DNA of 64,000 nucleotides from Mytilus californianus (lineage: Eukaryota), in contig NW_026262723.1 in assembly GCF_021869535.1 (NCBI RefSeq), positions 3,782,001 to 3,846,000 on the forward strand, written 5' to 3'. Numbering within the stretch: the first letter of the stretch is position 1; every line of letters starts with the position of its first letter. Positions 26,030 through 40,420 of this stretch are shown here, in pieces. The notes beneath the pieces were generated by a model that was not told the DNA's origin, searched no databases, and worked only from the letters and a program-made list of their open reading frames with translations. Both the position numbers and the translations under genes were made by a program.

Positions 26030-29000
26030 CCGTAATTGTCAGCAATTGTATTACATTGTACATGTCCGTTTATTTATTTATTTATTATATATCTATACCC
26101 AAATTCTTCTGTTGTTTTTATTTTATATACTAGTATTGTTTTTATCATGAGCTATTATCTTCTATTTATTAGCTTCGCAACCTGTTATTTCAAAGTCATA
26201 GCCGACTAACGTGTATTTCCGTAGAAAATGTGACACTGAAAGGGATAGATATTCATAACAACACACAAAAACAGAGAATAATTATGTTGATGGTCTTCCA
26301 ATAAACCTTACAATCAACTTTGATTCCAATATGTTGTTTGATGGAATGGATAGTGTTAAACAAGATATACAGTATACACTGGAACACAAGACATAACTCA
26401 TAGTTTTGATCTACCCTGACCCATACCCAAACATTATCTGTTTTCTGATATGAAACACATATGTTTAAATGTATGAACAAGTGAACAGCGGGAAAATGAA
26501 ATACAATTGTACTTCTTAAACATAGTTCAAACATCACTTTCTTATATATCAAGCTGACACCTGTCATTTATAACATATAATGTAATCAGAATAATCCATT
26601 TCACAAAATGAGTATTATTATGTGACATGGGCACTGACATTTTTTCAGACGCTTGTTTCGTATACACAAGACTCACCAGTGACGTTCGAATCAAAATCGT
26701 TAAAAAGTGCAAATAAATTACGAAGTTGAAGAGCATTGAGAAGCTTATATTTCACAAAATTCAAAAACACCTAGCTTTTATCCTTCTTTAATGTATTAAG
26801 GTAGATAATTAGCGACTTTTAGTTTACTCAAAACAATTCCCGCTGTCAACTGATAGCTAAATTTACAAAATATATGGTTTCTTTATCTTTTGCTTGAAAG
26901 AAGGAACCAATTTGCTATTTCCGGATGGAAATTACAACGTCCGGTTTGATATAATAAGTTACTTCATACTGATTCCAAAAGTATATGGTTGCTAGATTCT
27001 TTTGAGAAAAAGGGTGAGACGTTCTTTGTCAAAACCCGGGACTGATAATTTTTGCTCAGACACCGATGCATTTACCAAGTCTTAGTAGCAGCTGCAAGCC
27101 CTTGAATATCAAATGAGTTGATAAATATATACTCAATACGAGTTTGAAGTTTGTATATTGCTGCTAAGATGAGGAAATTTATAATGTTAAAGTAGAAATC
27201 GTCTAATTTGTCATAGATTCTGGTACTGAGATGACCGTTGTAGTAAAATTCGAGGAATATGTCACGAAATGAGGCGGAGTAGCTGTTTTTGTTGTTTTTT
27301 CAATCTATTGTTCAGAAGGATGAATTAATGGGACCCAATCCGAAAAGTTTGGATTGTTTATGGAAATAAAATCATAAATATACCTCTTTGTGAAATTGAA
27401 TGATCAAGCTTTGATCTTGTTTCTTAAAAGTGTCTAATGGAACTCTGACTCGTATGAAAATAGGAAAGTCGACCAGATGAGGTGAACAAGTCAGGAATAT
27501 TACACTTGTTATCCATTCGTTTGATGTGTTTGAGCTTTTGATTTTGCCATTTGATTAGGGACTTTCCTTTTTGAATTTTTCTCGAAGTTCAGTATTTTTG
27601 TGATTTTACTTTTTTCTCATATGATGCCGACACTCTGCTGGTCAGCAGACTTTAGGTCTATGTATTGTTAATGAAATATATACTAAACACTTTGTTTTGA
27701 ACATTCGTTAAATAAAGGCAACTCTAGTATACCGCTGTTCGATAGTCATCATTCGATTATGCAAAAACAAATCCGGGTAACAAACTAAAACCGAGGGAAA
27801 CACATCAACTATAAGTGGAAAACAACGGAACAACATAAACACTGAACTACAACAAAAACAAACGCCAACATACAACGGACTTTGTGATCACAACTGTCAT
27901 ATTCCTGACTTGGTAAAGGACATTTTAAGAAAAAATGGTGGGTTGAACCTGGATTTATGGCTAGCCAAACCTCCCGCTCATATATGGCAATGTTGAAAAT
28001 ACAGCTAAATGACAACACTACGTGATAGGAATACAGTACAAACAAACGCAAGAACTCTCAGCACAGAGAAATACATAATATAAATAATATAATAGTACAT
28101 TACAACATGTAAACCACATAATAACAACGAACACCTCCCATTAGTTTACGACCGCACACCAGGACACCACAAACGAAATATAAACTGTGTGTCACATGAA
28201 TAGATCAACGTCACAAAAAGTATTATTTGTGACGTTTATATTATCACTGGTAAATTTCTAAAAATATAATAGATTTGTTTAATCTATAGACACGTACAAG
28301 AATATTAATTGGGATTGAGTTTGTAATGGTGTTATTTTTATGTATTTTTTAACCATGACAAGAATATTAAAATGGAATTATGTTTGTAATGGTGTTATTA
28401 TTTGTATTTTCTAACCATGTTGGTTTTTCTTCTAACTCAAAACTGTGTATAAACAAAAATAACCTGTGCATATAATTGTTTTAAACTTAAGATCGTATAA
28501 ATGAAGTAGCTGATTTTTTTATCTTAACTTTTACATATATATAGAAAATAAAAATAAAAATAAAATAACTGTGATATAAGGCAAGATCATGTAAGACCAA
28601 AAAGTAAACACATATGAAAACAAATAACATAAGTTGTTTAAGGAAAACAGTTTTGGGTAGACAATTTATTTTAAGGAAAAGTGTTCGGTAAAGCGTCAGT
28701 TTCAAAAGCGTATTAGCACTTCGATATTATATACCAAATATCTAAAAAGTAAAATAGAAAAAATACCGAACTCCACGGAAAATTCAAAACGGAAAGCCTC
28801 GTTTAATGTCACCTTATCCCTTTGAACAAACAATTCCTGTGCAGGTATGTCGCAACTCATAGAAAGTCATTTTCGATATAAATTAAGAGGGTAGCAATAA
28901 CAAGCAAAAGTCAGAACTTGTAACAAAACCTTGACCTTGACCTCATTTTAATTTTTTTTTGGACCGAAGATCTCAAATCAAAAGACCCTAGGTCTCTATC

Positions 29001-32000
29001 ACTTATGGTGTACAAGTTAGAAATACATATCACTTATATCAAACACATAAAGGTTAATAACCCTGATATGGTATTTCCGAATTGCTTTGGTAAAATTATT
29101 CTGGACATCCTGAAGTTGTAACGATCAATAGATATGGGAAACTGATTTCTAGTATCTTTTGCGCGTGACAAAGAGAAGTGCGTTTAAGGAAAGCAGTTTA
29201 AGGGAGACAATTCTTTTAAGGCAAAGTATTCGGTAAAGCGTCAGTTTCAAAAGCGAAGTTAGCACTTCGATAATATATACCAAACATCTAAAAAGTAAAA
29301 TATCAAAAATACCAAACTCCAAAGAAATTTCAAAACGGAAAGTCCCTTATCAAATGGCAAAATCAAAAGCTCAAACACATCATACGTATGGAAAACAACT
29401 GTCATATTCCTGACGTGGTACAGGCATTTCCTTATGTAGACAATGGTGGATTAAACCTAGTTTGTAGCATGTATAGCTAGCTTAACCTCTCACTTGTATG
29501 ACAGTCGCATCAAATATATCACATCTTACAAATCAACAAAACAGCACCAAAAAACAAAACTTGCGGAAGACAAAAACAAATATATTAAGAAAAAAAGGAA
29601 ATGGGTTTTCACAGAAGAAGATTTCTATGGAAACAAATCACATGCTGCCGAAGAAAAAAAGAAAAAAAATACAATTGCGAGATGCTTCGGGGATTACATG
29701 ACTGTTTTGTTAAAATAATCTTTCCGTTGGAATCTGTGTCATTTATGTTCTTCAATTATTGACATCTAGCAAAGAAATCAGTTTAAAACGTTTGGAGTTG
29801 ATGTGACCTCACGTTCTTGCTACCTTACATGGGATGGACGAACGAATGGTTGCACCGATCAGAAAACATGTCCCATACTATTGTTGTCAGGGCTTAAAGC
29901 CTTAAACCAACCCAAGAAATGGGAGACATGACGAATATACATCTACCTTAGACCAATTTGAAAACCAATGGCTAATTACACACACTGTATAACAAATGTT
30001 CAAAAAGTACATGTAAGATACCAAGGGAACAATCAAAGAATGAAAACACAGCGGAAAAAATAGAAAACACACAAACAGCTGAAGTTTGAGCAACCTGAGT
30101 AGAATAAAAACCGTAGGGAACTAAAAGTGGTACGGAAGGGTTAGCATTCCACCAGCGGCACACGTCATGTTATCGATTTTAACATCCGTTAAGTAACAGT
30201 ACTTATTATTGAGGCTTCATACCATAGTTGGTTAGTAGACAAAATGCGTAAAACTCAAAGACATTACCTATTCTCAAATCATCACAGATGCAATGTCCAT
30301 CCCTGAAACATGTCATAATGGGAAGCGAACAGTTTTTGCGGGTCAAAGAATCGAAAGAATATGAAAAGACGTTCTTAAATAAGATATTACAAGCAACACA
30401 TTATGAAACAACACAAACTCTACTAAAACTCAGGTGCTCCGGATAGCTATAGGTAAGCAGTGATACCAGTCGTATTGCTCTTGACAAATAAAAATCCAGT
30501 TTATCGAAAATGCCATCAACGGGGAAATGAGGCTGATATTTTGCATACGACAAATAAAATACTCACTGGCATTCATGAAAAAGAAACGTAAGCCCTAACT
30601 TAACGTATGAATTATATACTCCATGATACGATGCCGCTGAAATAATGCTTTTTTAAAGTAGAAAGTTAACAAAGGGAAATTGAAGAAAATTCTTTTCAAA
30701 GAAACCTTATCAAATCAGGTTCAGAATTGGCTTTCTGATCACTTATATTTCTTTAATTTGACAAAGTAATTCATTGAACTCAATGTAAAATTTTAACGAT
30801 TTCTCCATTTTGTAATATGTTCGAAAAAACGTTGTCAGGCCAATACCTATATGTTCATAGAGCCTACTATGAAGTACTTGTGATAAAACATTTACAAGAA
30901 AATTGTTTAGAAAATAGTGTATTTGTTTATCCATGGCTTTCAAATGTTTAAGTTTGAGCGTTTCTGGTAAAGTAAATAAAGAAATATTGCTAGAACATGT
31001 AGAACGCACAAAATGTATAACGTATAATTTTTTTTTAATAAACAATGAGGTATATCACCAAAGTTATTGTTTGGTGGTGTCCTCGCTTATAAAATATGTG
31101 AACCTTGAGTTCATTGTTGAAGACCTTGCATCAATTGGTATTATACAAAACATCAATAATGGCGCTATACTGATTCCCAGGAACTCATTGGATTTCGTTT
31201 ACAGGTTCATTCACCCATTGTACGCTCTTTCGAGAATAAACATATACACATTTTTTCTTTTTCGTTTTTTGGCATAGGGTTGTCAGTTTATTTTCGATTT
31301 ATGAGTTTGAATGTTCCCTTGGTATCTTTCACCTCTCTCTTATACTTTACTACGAATAAACAGTTATGTAGGACGTATATCAGGGAATCAGGAACGATAA
31401 TATCCCACTATATGATAAAATTAAAACAATGGTTACATTCTTTTTAGTGGTAATGCAGCACAGTCTAGATTATTTAGTATTTATGTCGTGTTCTTCCTGA
31501 TTAGTAGAAAAAACCCAGACAATACCATTGTCAAAAAGAAAAGCGGTAAAAAGACAAACAACATTTCCCGAAACTAAACATAATGCAATAAAAATCCCTG
31601 TACAAACTTTTAAAATTATTGTACTAAAACTAAGACAAGAGAGGGAGTACATCAAGGAGACAATCGAAAATCATTAATCCAATAAAACAGACTTCACATT
31701 GGTCAAAAGAAATACAATGAAGCGACAAAAAAAAACCCAAACAATAAAGCTTTACAGTGACAACAAAATACCAAACCACACGAAACCCAACAAAAACTGG
31801 GGGTGAATTCAGGTGCTCGGAAGTGTAAAATCAAAAACAACCTGACCACAAATTATATTGATTGCAGTGTTTAATTTCCTTTTTACATCCCAAAACAATC
31901 TGTATATCTGTCTTTTAAAACCTTTGCCATCATTGTTCACCTGGTAAAGATTGTTTCGGAGACAGGCATCGTGCATATAGGTATTTATAAGTGTTATGGG

Positions 32001-32006
32001 TATACC

Positions 32007-32200
32007 TTCTAACAAATGTTCTATATAACAACATTTCTGTACATGAACTGATAAATGTTCTAATTTAGGTTCTAACAAATGTTATATATAGCAAAATGTC
32101 TCTACATGTACTGATAAACGTTCTAAGTTATATTCTAACAAATGTTCTATATAACAGCATTTACCCCACTTGTACTGATAAATGTTCTGATTTACGTTCC
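32007..32200 (+). repeat. Three degenerate 63-bp tandem units in the P-type promoter (also about 52155-52345 and 63779-64000)
   Basis: ttctaacaaatgtt...ctgataaatgttcta units start at 32007, 32070 and 32133; each contains TGATAA. Confidence 0.8.
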
Positions 32201-32400
32201 TAGTGTTCATATGGTCCGAATTTTACACCCACATTCTAACCTGTCTGCAGTTTCTATTTACATTCTAAAACATTCTGACATTGAAATCACGAACTTTGAT
32301 ACCAAGTCTTATCAAAATTGAGATAATTAACGAATACTAGTATAAATATCGCCTTATTAAATGCAAAAAGCAGTATTAAACTGAAACAGTATCTTATAAA

Positions 32401-35400
32401 ATGTCTCCTGTTTTGATGAAACTTCTTGTTTTAGCAGTTGTAGGAACAGCTGGTAAGCATATTTATATATTTCATTTAATGAACTGCTTTTTCAAGCGTT
32501 TAATGATATATGTATATCATGTATATCTTTTACCAAAATACAGCTACATGATATATTGTTTATTTCCTGATCTTTTCCTCGATGGAAGACATCAAACTCG
32601 AACCTATGACAAACGTGATGATTTTAAAATGTTAACTTCTCATTTCTCAACATTAATATACGCTTTGCTCCATCTTGTGGCGTTTATACATTTAAGTTAA
32701 TACGTTACATTCGTGCACGTTCTATTAGTACTATCTTCATTGACAGAAGTGTGCTCCTTACACAAAAATTGAACCAACAGACTGATGAGGAATAACGCTT
32801 GAAATTGACATTAAATAAGTTTTATAGGGACTATTTCGAATTGGTCGACCGATATGACATGTGTGTTTTTCAACATACTAGCGACATGTCTGTGTTTCAA
32901 CTCATTAGCGACATGTTTTCGCAGTCTTAGATCTTCAGATACCAGAATAACTGTTTACTTTTTAGTTTTACAGATGGAAACCTATTCCCAGTCATGTCAT
33001 GTGACTGACTGTTGCTTCACATGGCGGGAAAGACATGCATATACTTGTAGTAGGAGACGCCTACCAGGTCGACGCACCGGATCTCCATCATTATCGTGTT
33101 GCTGCAATTCCATAAGTTTTATTGGTTACCTTTGTTTCTTTTCGATAAACAAGATTTGAACTACTATCTTCTTTATACTGATTATTTTTATAAATCACAC
33201 ATTTAAACTTCCATGGTTAATGATACGACACATACTAAAGCAATAGTATTACTGTTTCAGTATTTTGCACATGTCCAAATGGATGGAATCATTATGAAGA
33301 CAAATGTTTCTTTTTGAGCCGGGACAATGAGACATTTGGCAATTCACTGGTGAGTTCAGATAATGATCAAAAGGTCGGAAATATACTAACATATTTACTA
33401 CGTTTAAATCGTTCTTTTGTTTGAAAAAAACTTTCTCATCAGATACAACAGTTTGATGCTAACCGCCAAGTAGCTGACGGGTCGATTAAATACATTTCAA
33501 GCTATAATTTGTTATCAATTACTAGACTTAGTACTCCGGAGGAAAAGGGGACCTGTGATGTCGTAATTTAGCCGTTTTGTTTTGATTTCATAAAACGGTT
33601 CTAGTGTTGGTATTTGTCTTCCCAATTTGTTGTTGTTGCACGCACTTGATGAAGTTGTTTTTCAATTGGCGAGACCCAAAATTTGATGAATACAAGACAG
33701 GTAAATACAGGTCGTATGAAGGTCCCTTAGATTTTTAAAATCATAAAATCCATCATACTAAAAAAAAAAAAATGATGTTATAACGTTTAGCGCAAAATGT
33801 GTGTCTGGAATAACTCTGACAAGTATATCTAACTGCTAAGCAAAACAATATATATAAGGTTAAGCATTGGCTACTTTGTTTATTGGGGTAATTTATAAAC
33901 AGATAAGCAACCTTTAACTTATATTTTGATATGCCTAGGAAGGATATGGAAGGAAACATGTCAATTCCATCATGGAAATCTATTCAAATAGGACTATGTT
34001 TACAAACTATATTTATTTATTATTTGCAATAACATGTCTTTATTTTTTTCGCAGATGCTCTGTGAAGTAATTGGGCGCCAGTATGGAAGATCTGCGTCTT
34101 TAGCTACCGTTGATGATGCCAAAACACAACAGTTTCTTACAGATTTAATGATCAAAATAAGTAGGAATAAATTGGCAACATATATTACAACTATGATAAT
34201 CCAAAACGTTTCAATCACTCTTTCTTGCTAAATTTTTTATGATTTAATGGAATCAATACTATTTTAGGCAGCAAAGCTTAGGTGTCGTAAGATCTAAAGC
34301 TTCGTCCTGTTAGGCTCTACATGATAATTTTGATATAAATACTTCATGTTCACGGGAGTTTATCTGCATGTATGTAAGACATTAAATCTTTGTTTTTCTT
34401 ATCGTTGAAAAAAGTCCGTTATAAACTTTAGAAATAGAAAATAGCGTCTTATTTGTTGAGAATCTATTACTTAAGAAGGTTTCAATTATTAATCACTTTA
34501 TTGGCTGCATTTAAAAAGGATTTAATTAACCAACATGCTGTAATGCATACATCTTATTGTCCAAAGTAGAAGACCTTTAGATACAACAACAATAAAACCA
34601 CTTTTATGAAATGAGCATTTCTGTGTATTTTATGGGCATAGTTTTTCTGTACATACATCTCATTTTTTGCTATTCCAAATATCAGATTTTTATTCGGAAA
34701 ATATAAAGTTAAAGTCGAAACAGAACACAAATTAAACCAAACAATGGGAGAAATAAACAGATATAAAACAACAGTGAACACACTCACATATCTATATCTC
34801 TCAAAACAAGGTCGAGATTGGGTGTTGAAATCTTTCTCATTGACACTTATACCATTAGTTGGAAATCAAAGGAAATCTTATCTAGAAATAAAACTTCATA
34901 TTTTTCTCACGCTATGCTGTTCATCCGTTTGTCAGAATCAAGTACTATTTAGCATAACTTAGATAACAACGGAAGTTTGTAAATAGATATTTCGTTATAT
35001 TAACTTTCCATATTTGTTAATATGAAAAAAGTTAATCTATCTCAAAGTCATTTTCCTTTGTTTAAACAGATTCCATTGGAATGTACATAGGATTAAATGA
35101 CCTTGTAACTGAAGGGACATTTCATTGGATAGCCAATGGTAAGCAGGCAACATACTTTAACTGGGGACCTACACAACCAAACAACAGAGGAGGAAACGAA
35201 AATTGTGTAGCTATGCGAGTTGATCCAGTTATAGGCTTCAATTATTCTTGGACAGATGGTCCTTGCACAGTACCAACCACCTACATTTGTGAAATGGTGT
35301 AAGTTTTATTCCAAAGAAATCGAATGAATTTTAAACTGTGATTTTCATTAAAACTTTTATTTTCAAATTATTGTAATGTAATGTACAAATCGCCATCTAA

Positions 35401-36112
35401 ATAAGTTGATCATTTATACCAGGCTTAAAAAGTGTGTACGCCTGACGCGTTTCGTCTACAAAAGAATCATCAATGATGCTTGGATCACAAAAGTTAAAAT
35501 GGCCAAATAAAGTACAAGTTAAAGAGCTTGAAGCACCATAAGCTATTGATAATAATTGCTTTGAAGAAAAGTTGTTCTTCTTTTACTGATCGACCTAAAT
35601 AACAAAACGGATAATCTAGATCGTTAGTTGGATATTTATAGTGTACTGTTATTACACAGTGGTCAACCCAACATATCATGTCGCTTTTCTTAAACTTTTG
35701 AAAAGATGACCTCAACCTTAAATTTAATATGAAGATAAGCAGAAAAGGTATCATTGCCAATGAGACAAATATCCACAAGAGACGATATTAATAAGCAACT
35801 AAAGGTCACCGCTTTCAACAATGAGCAAAACCTATACAGCTTAGCAAGGTATAAAAGCCACCAAAATGACATGTTAAACAATTTAAACGAGAAATTAAGC
35901 CTCATAAGCGCAAATTTAATATAATATAAAAACAACGAAGGGCAATCACATGAATTACAAGCATATGACTAGGGTTAAGCGCCTCATTGTTCATATGTCA
36001 GTAGTAACTTCTATTTAAAAAAATCCCCACATTTAAAAGATCATTAATATTTATTTTAAAATATCTTTTTATTTATTTTAGGGCAGCAGATATTGGAAAC
36101 CTTCTCGGATAG
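32401..36112 (+). CDS. Secreted C-type lectin, copy C, P-subtype, 168 aa, 5 exons
   Basis: Exons 32401-32452 (MSPVLMKLLVLAVVGTA), 33261-33349 (VFCTCPNGWNHYEDKCFF...), 34055-34160, 35070-35298, 36082-36112; intact frame, canonical splice sites, TATAAATA at 32341. Confidence 0.91.
32570..32900 (+). mobile_element. Penelope-like RT C-terminal fragment in intron 1 of P-type genes (also about 52760-53090)
   Basis: Broken frames give YDKRDDF, APSCGVY, LIRY, FIDRSVLLTQKL and LKLTLNKFY...LVDRYD. Confidence 0.7.
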
Positions 36113-36279
36113 GCGTAATTGTCAGAAATTGTTTTACATTTTACATGTCAGTTTATTTATTATATATATATATTTACTTAAATTCTTCTGTTTGTTTTTA
36201 TTTGATATTTTGTTATATGTAAATTGCTTGATATTGGGAGAGACCATAGAGTTAAATGGATTCTCTACATATTGAAAAT

Positions 36280-36282
<3 letters not shown>

Positions 36283-36336
<54 letters not shown>
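36283..36336. repeat. (AG)27 microsatellite in the probable 3' UTR of gene C
   Basis: Read directly from the sequence. Confidence 0.95.
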
Positions 36337-36338
<2 letters not shown>

Positions 36339-38488
36339 ATCTTCAGTTATCTTTTATCAATTAACCTCGTAGTCTATTACTTCAAAGCCGTAGGCGACTA
36401 ACATGAAATGTGTAGATCCAGAAAATACTGTAACCTCACTTCCATTTTTATTTAAAGTAGAAAAAATAATATAAATTTACAGATGATCCAACACTAAACT
36501 TCTGTAATTTCTGGGAAATCCATCAGAATTTCTATATCATTTAAAAAAAAATGTACCACTGAGAGGAATTGATATTCATTACGACACGCAAAAACACAGA
36601 ATATTTAAATGGTCATCCAATAAACATTACAATAAAATTTAGCTCCAGTATGTTGTTTGATGGAATTGATTGAAATTAACAGAACACACAATAGTTCTAT
36701 CACTTTTCCTAACCTATACCCAAACACTATCTTAATTTCTGATATGAAAAGCATGTAATCAGAATAATCCATAGGTTTGATTTACAATAGTGAGTAATGG
36801 TACATATAAGTTTTATTTAAAACATTTCGAAAAATGAGCATTATTGTGGAACATTAACACTGACGGTTTTTTGAGCGCTTCCTATACAAAAGACTCACCA
36901 CTGACGGTCGTATCCCAAAAATTAAAAAGGAGAAATGAAATACGAAGTTGAAGAGCATTGAGAAGATAACTTATCTTTCATAAAATTCAAAAATACCTAA
37001 CTTATCCTACATAAATGAATTAAGGTCGAAAATAAGCAACGTCTGGTTTGCTGAATACAGTTTCCGGTGTCAATTGATAGCTAAATATGCACTGATTTCT
37101 AAAATATATGGTTTCTGTATTTTGTCACAAAGTAAGGGAGCTTATTTACAATTTCCGTTTGGAAGTTACAACGACCGGTTTGATATAATAGGTTACTGCA
37201 TATAGATTCCAAAAATATTTGGTTACTAGATGTTTTTACATACAATTTATGCAAAAAATAGCTATATCATGTTAACAGAAGGTCAGTATTGTAAATGACC
37301 TTTCCAGATCATATTCTTCCAAACTAATTCAAAGGAACCAATTGCTTTATTATGTTTAAATATCAAGTTAAAGCAAAGGTCCAAATCTACAACGTCAAAT
37401 TCATCTTCGATCTTGAACTTAATTCTATGTTCACAAAGCAAGGATCTCATATTCAAAATGTTTAAATAAAAAATACCAAACTTAAAGTTAAATTCAAGAA
37501 CGGTGTAGGTTCTTGAAACATGACCAGAATCAAACGTCCGACTATATCAACCAACATATCGAACGGCGAACAACTGTAGTATTACTTACTTGGTACAGGC
37601 AATGTCCGAAAAAGATGGTGGTTAAACCTGGTTGTATTGATAGGTAAACCTCTTACTTGTATGACAGTTATTTCTTGTCCCTTTATATTTCCAAAATGGG
37701 GAGCAACCCTAACAGACTAAATATGACATTAGTTGGGATACAAAACTGTGTAAACAATCATCACATAAGGATGATTGGTTTGAACGTTTGATTTTGCCAT
37801 TAAATAAAAGATTTTCTGTTTTGAATGTTTTTTACTTATACAAGACAATTAACAAAAATTATCAAACAAACAAACATATAAATCTTATGAATAAGTCATC
37901 ATTTTTTTCTACTGTAGTTAAAAGAAAATCTGACAAAGACGCCAACAATAAAAGTAATTGTAGTTGATAGTACATGCAGGATATAAAAACATAATGCCGT
38001 ACAGTATACATTTCCTGATAAAGTTCGAATTATGTAAATTATAAATACAAGGGTAAACAGAATTAAAACAACATTGTTAATACCTAATGGGTCTGAATTG
38101 CACCTCTGCACCCACTTGCACCAGGAACGTAAAAAGCCAAAAAACTGATAGCTGAATAGACGTAAAAGGACCAAAAAGGAACATTATAGCATAACAAAAA
38201 ATGACGGGAAATATGTAGTGAAATAAAAAGATAAACATTTGTATCACCTACAATCCAAAGACCATGTGAAGGAGACACTGAATATTTATGTATAAGGTCT
38301 TGATACTTTCCGATGACCTGTTCAGGAAAATTATGAAACGAGCAGTTTTGTCAATGTAAATATTCAGGATCGATCGAAACAATATAGACGTTCTGAAACA
38401 AAATATACCAACAAACAATATATATATGTATAAAACAGAAGGAACAAAAATCACCGCTTAACCTAACACAAATTTTAGGGTAAACTCA

Positions 38489-40420
38489 AGTAGTAGAGAA
38501 CTGAGAGTTCTGCCACACTTTCACTTTCGATCATTTTTTCTACAAAATTGAAATTGAAAGTAGGTCATCCATCTATTTATAAAATTAGTAAGGAACCTGT
38601 TCTAACCAGTTTTCATAAAACACCCTAAACCCTAGTGAGAGTTCTGTCCCACTATGCAGAAATGTGTTTTTTTCAAAAAGGAGTGAGAGGTGTTGAAATT
38701 GAAAAAAAAAAGAATAAAAGACATGGGTTTACTAAGTAAAATGAATACGATTGTTGTTGAAACGGTAAAACAGTTAAGAAGTAAGGCTAAAAATGCTGGT
38801 CTTAAAAGGTACTCTAGAATGAAGAAAGATGAGCTGCTAGAGTTGATTGAAACAAAGACGGAACATACATTTAAGCGTATTACTAAACCAGCGACAAAAA
38901 AAAAGAGATCATGATCGAGGCAAAACAACATGGGTTAAAAGGTGTGTCTAGGTTACCTATAAATCAACTGTTGACAAAGGTAGGTGAGAAAATCAAGAAA
39001 GATCAAGAGTCCATGATTCGGGTACATGAACCCATTAGTTCCATAAAAGGTGTATTGACTAACTGGAAAATGACATCGGATGCAGAAATGGACATCCAGA
39101 CCTTTCTTGAAGTAACACAAGGGAAAAGGATGAACATAATCCAAAATTGTGGATTTAAAGGGGCTAAAATTAATGTGGTGTTACACTGTACTTTCGTGAA
39201 AATCAACCCCACAGGTAAAGAGGGCGATGAGAATGAGGGACACATCAATTCGGGAAATCGAACTATAACCGAAGCCACCGACCTCATTGAAACTTTGGAA
39301 GAGATGGACCTAAAGATCGGAAAAAAGATTGCCGAGTGGACCTCTGGGAAGAATGGGTGGACATTGAAGGAAATCGTGAAATTACAACTAAACATCAACA
39401 AACACACACCGTTACCTGGTTTTGCAGTATGTAGATTTACCAAAAATGGATCAAAGACAAGAAAGCCGTGATTAATGTTCAAAACAAAGATGATAAGTGT
39501 TTTAAATGGGCAATACTTGCAGCCGTGCATCATGAGGAGGTAGACCAAAAGAAAACACAACGGTGTACTCAGTACTGTAGATGGAACAATGGACTAAACC
39601 TAAAAGGATAAGAATTACCGGTAAGCCTTAAAGAAGCAAGTTTGAAAAATCAACCCTACATTGGCAGTCAATGTGTATGGAATCAATGGTGACAATGAGA
39701 AATACACACTACGATATTCAGATTTTGCTGAAAAGCGGGATAGAGACATTCAATAGTTGCTGATAGAAGGTGAAGGTGAAAAAACATAATTGTTGCATAA
39801 AAACATGTCTAGCATGTCTAGACTACTGTCGAATCAGATCTCGGATCATAACGGTAGACTTACATTTTGCTACAGGTGTTTATGCCACTTGCACAGCAAA
39901 GAGGCATTGAAGAAACATAAAGAGTATTGCGTTTAACACAAGGCAGTTAAGATCGAGATGCCCGGTAAAGGAGCCTACGAAAGCTTTGTTAACCACGCCA
40001 GATCGACGAAAGTTCCTTTCTAGGTTTATGCAGACTTTGTGTGCCTGACCGAAAAAGTAGAATCCAAACCAGTGGAAACCGTTGCAGACAAACCACACAC
40101 CAAAGTGTATCAAAAGCATATACCATCGGGAATTTGTTATTACATTAAATGCTTTGATGAAAGTGTCTTTACTAAGGAGCCGGTACTTTACACTATGCAA
40201 AAAGAAGGAGAAGATTTGGCGCAGATATTTGTTGAAAGACTTGAGAAAGATATCAAAGTCATTTACTCCGAGAATGACTTCAAAAAACCGATGGTGATGG
40301 CGACGGAGGATGAGTGTGATTTTAAGGCTGCCACACAGTGGTGGCTCTGTGACAGCGCTTTATGAGAGGACAAAGTCAGAGATCACTGTCACTTCGCCGG
40401 TAAGTATAGAGACGCAGCGC
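38489..40420 (+). mobile_element. Left-end fragment of a Polinton/Maverick-like element with a degraded N-terminal part of the protein-primed DNA polymerase B gene
   Basis: Starts AGTAGTAGAG exactly where homology to the paralogous spacer (about 20470) breaks. Frames encode two Rho-N/HeH-like repeats, GWTLKEIVKLQLNINKHTPL, YVDLPKWIKDKKAVINVQNKDDKCFKWAILA, C2H2 (CYRCL...KKHKEYC), exonuclease VYADF and EndoVII-like KVRDHCHFAGKYRDAA. Frameshifts and stops are present; the polymerase core is missing. Confidence 0.82.

Noticed and set aside
39003-39560. 185-aa minus-strand ORF
   Set aside because: It is the antisense shadow of the Polinton pPolB remnant; the recognisable motifs are on the + strand.
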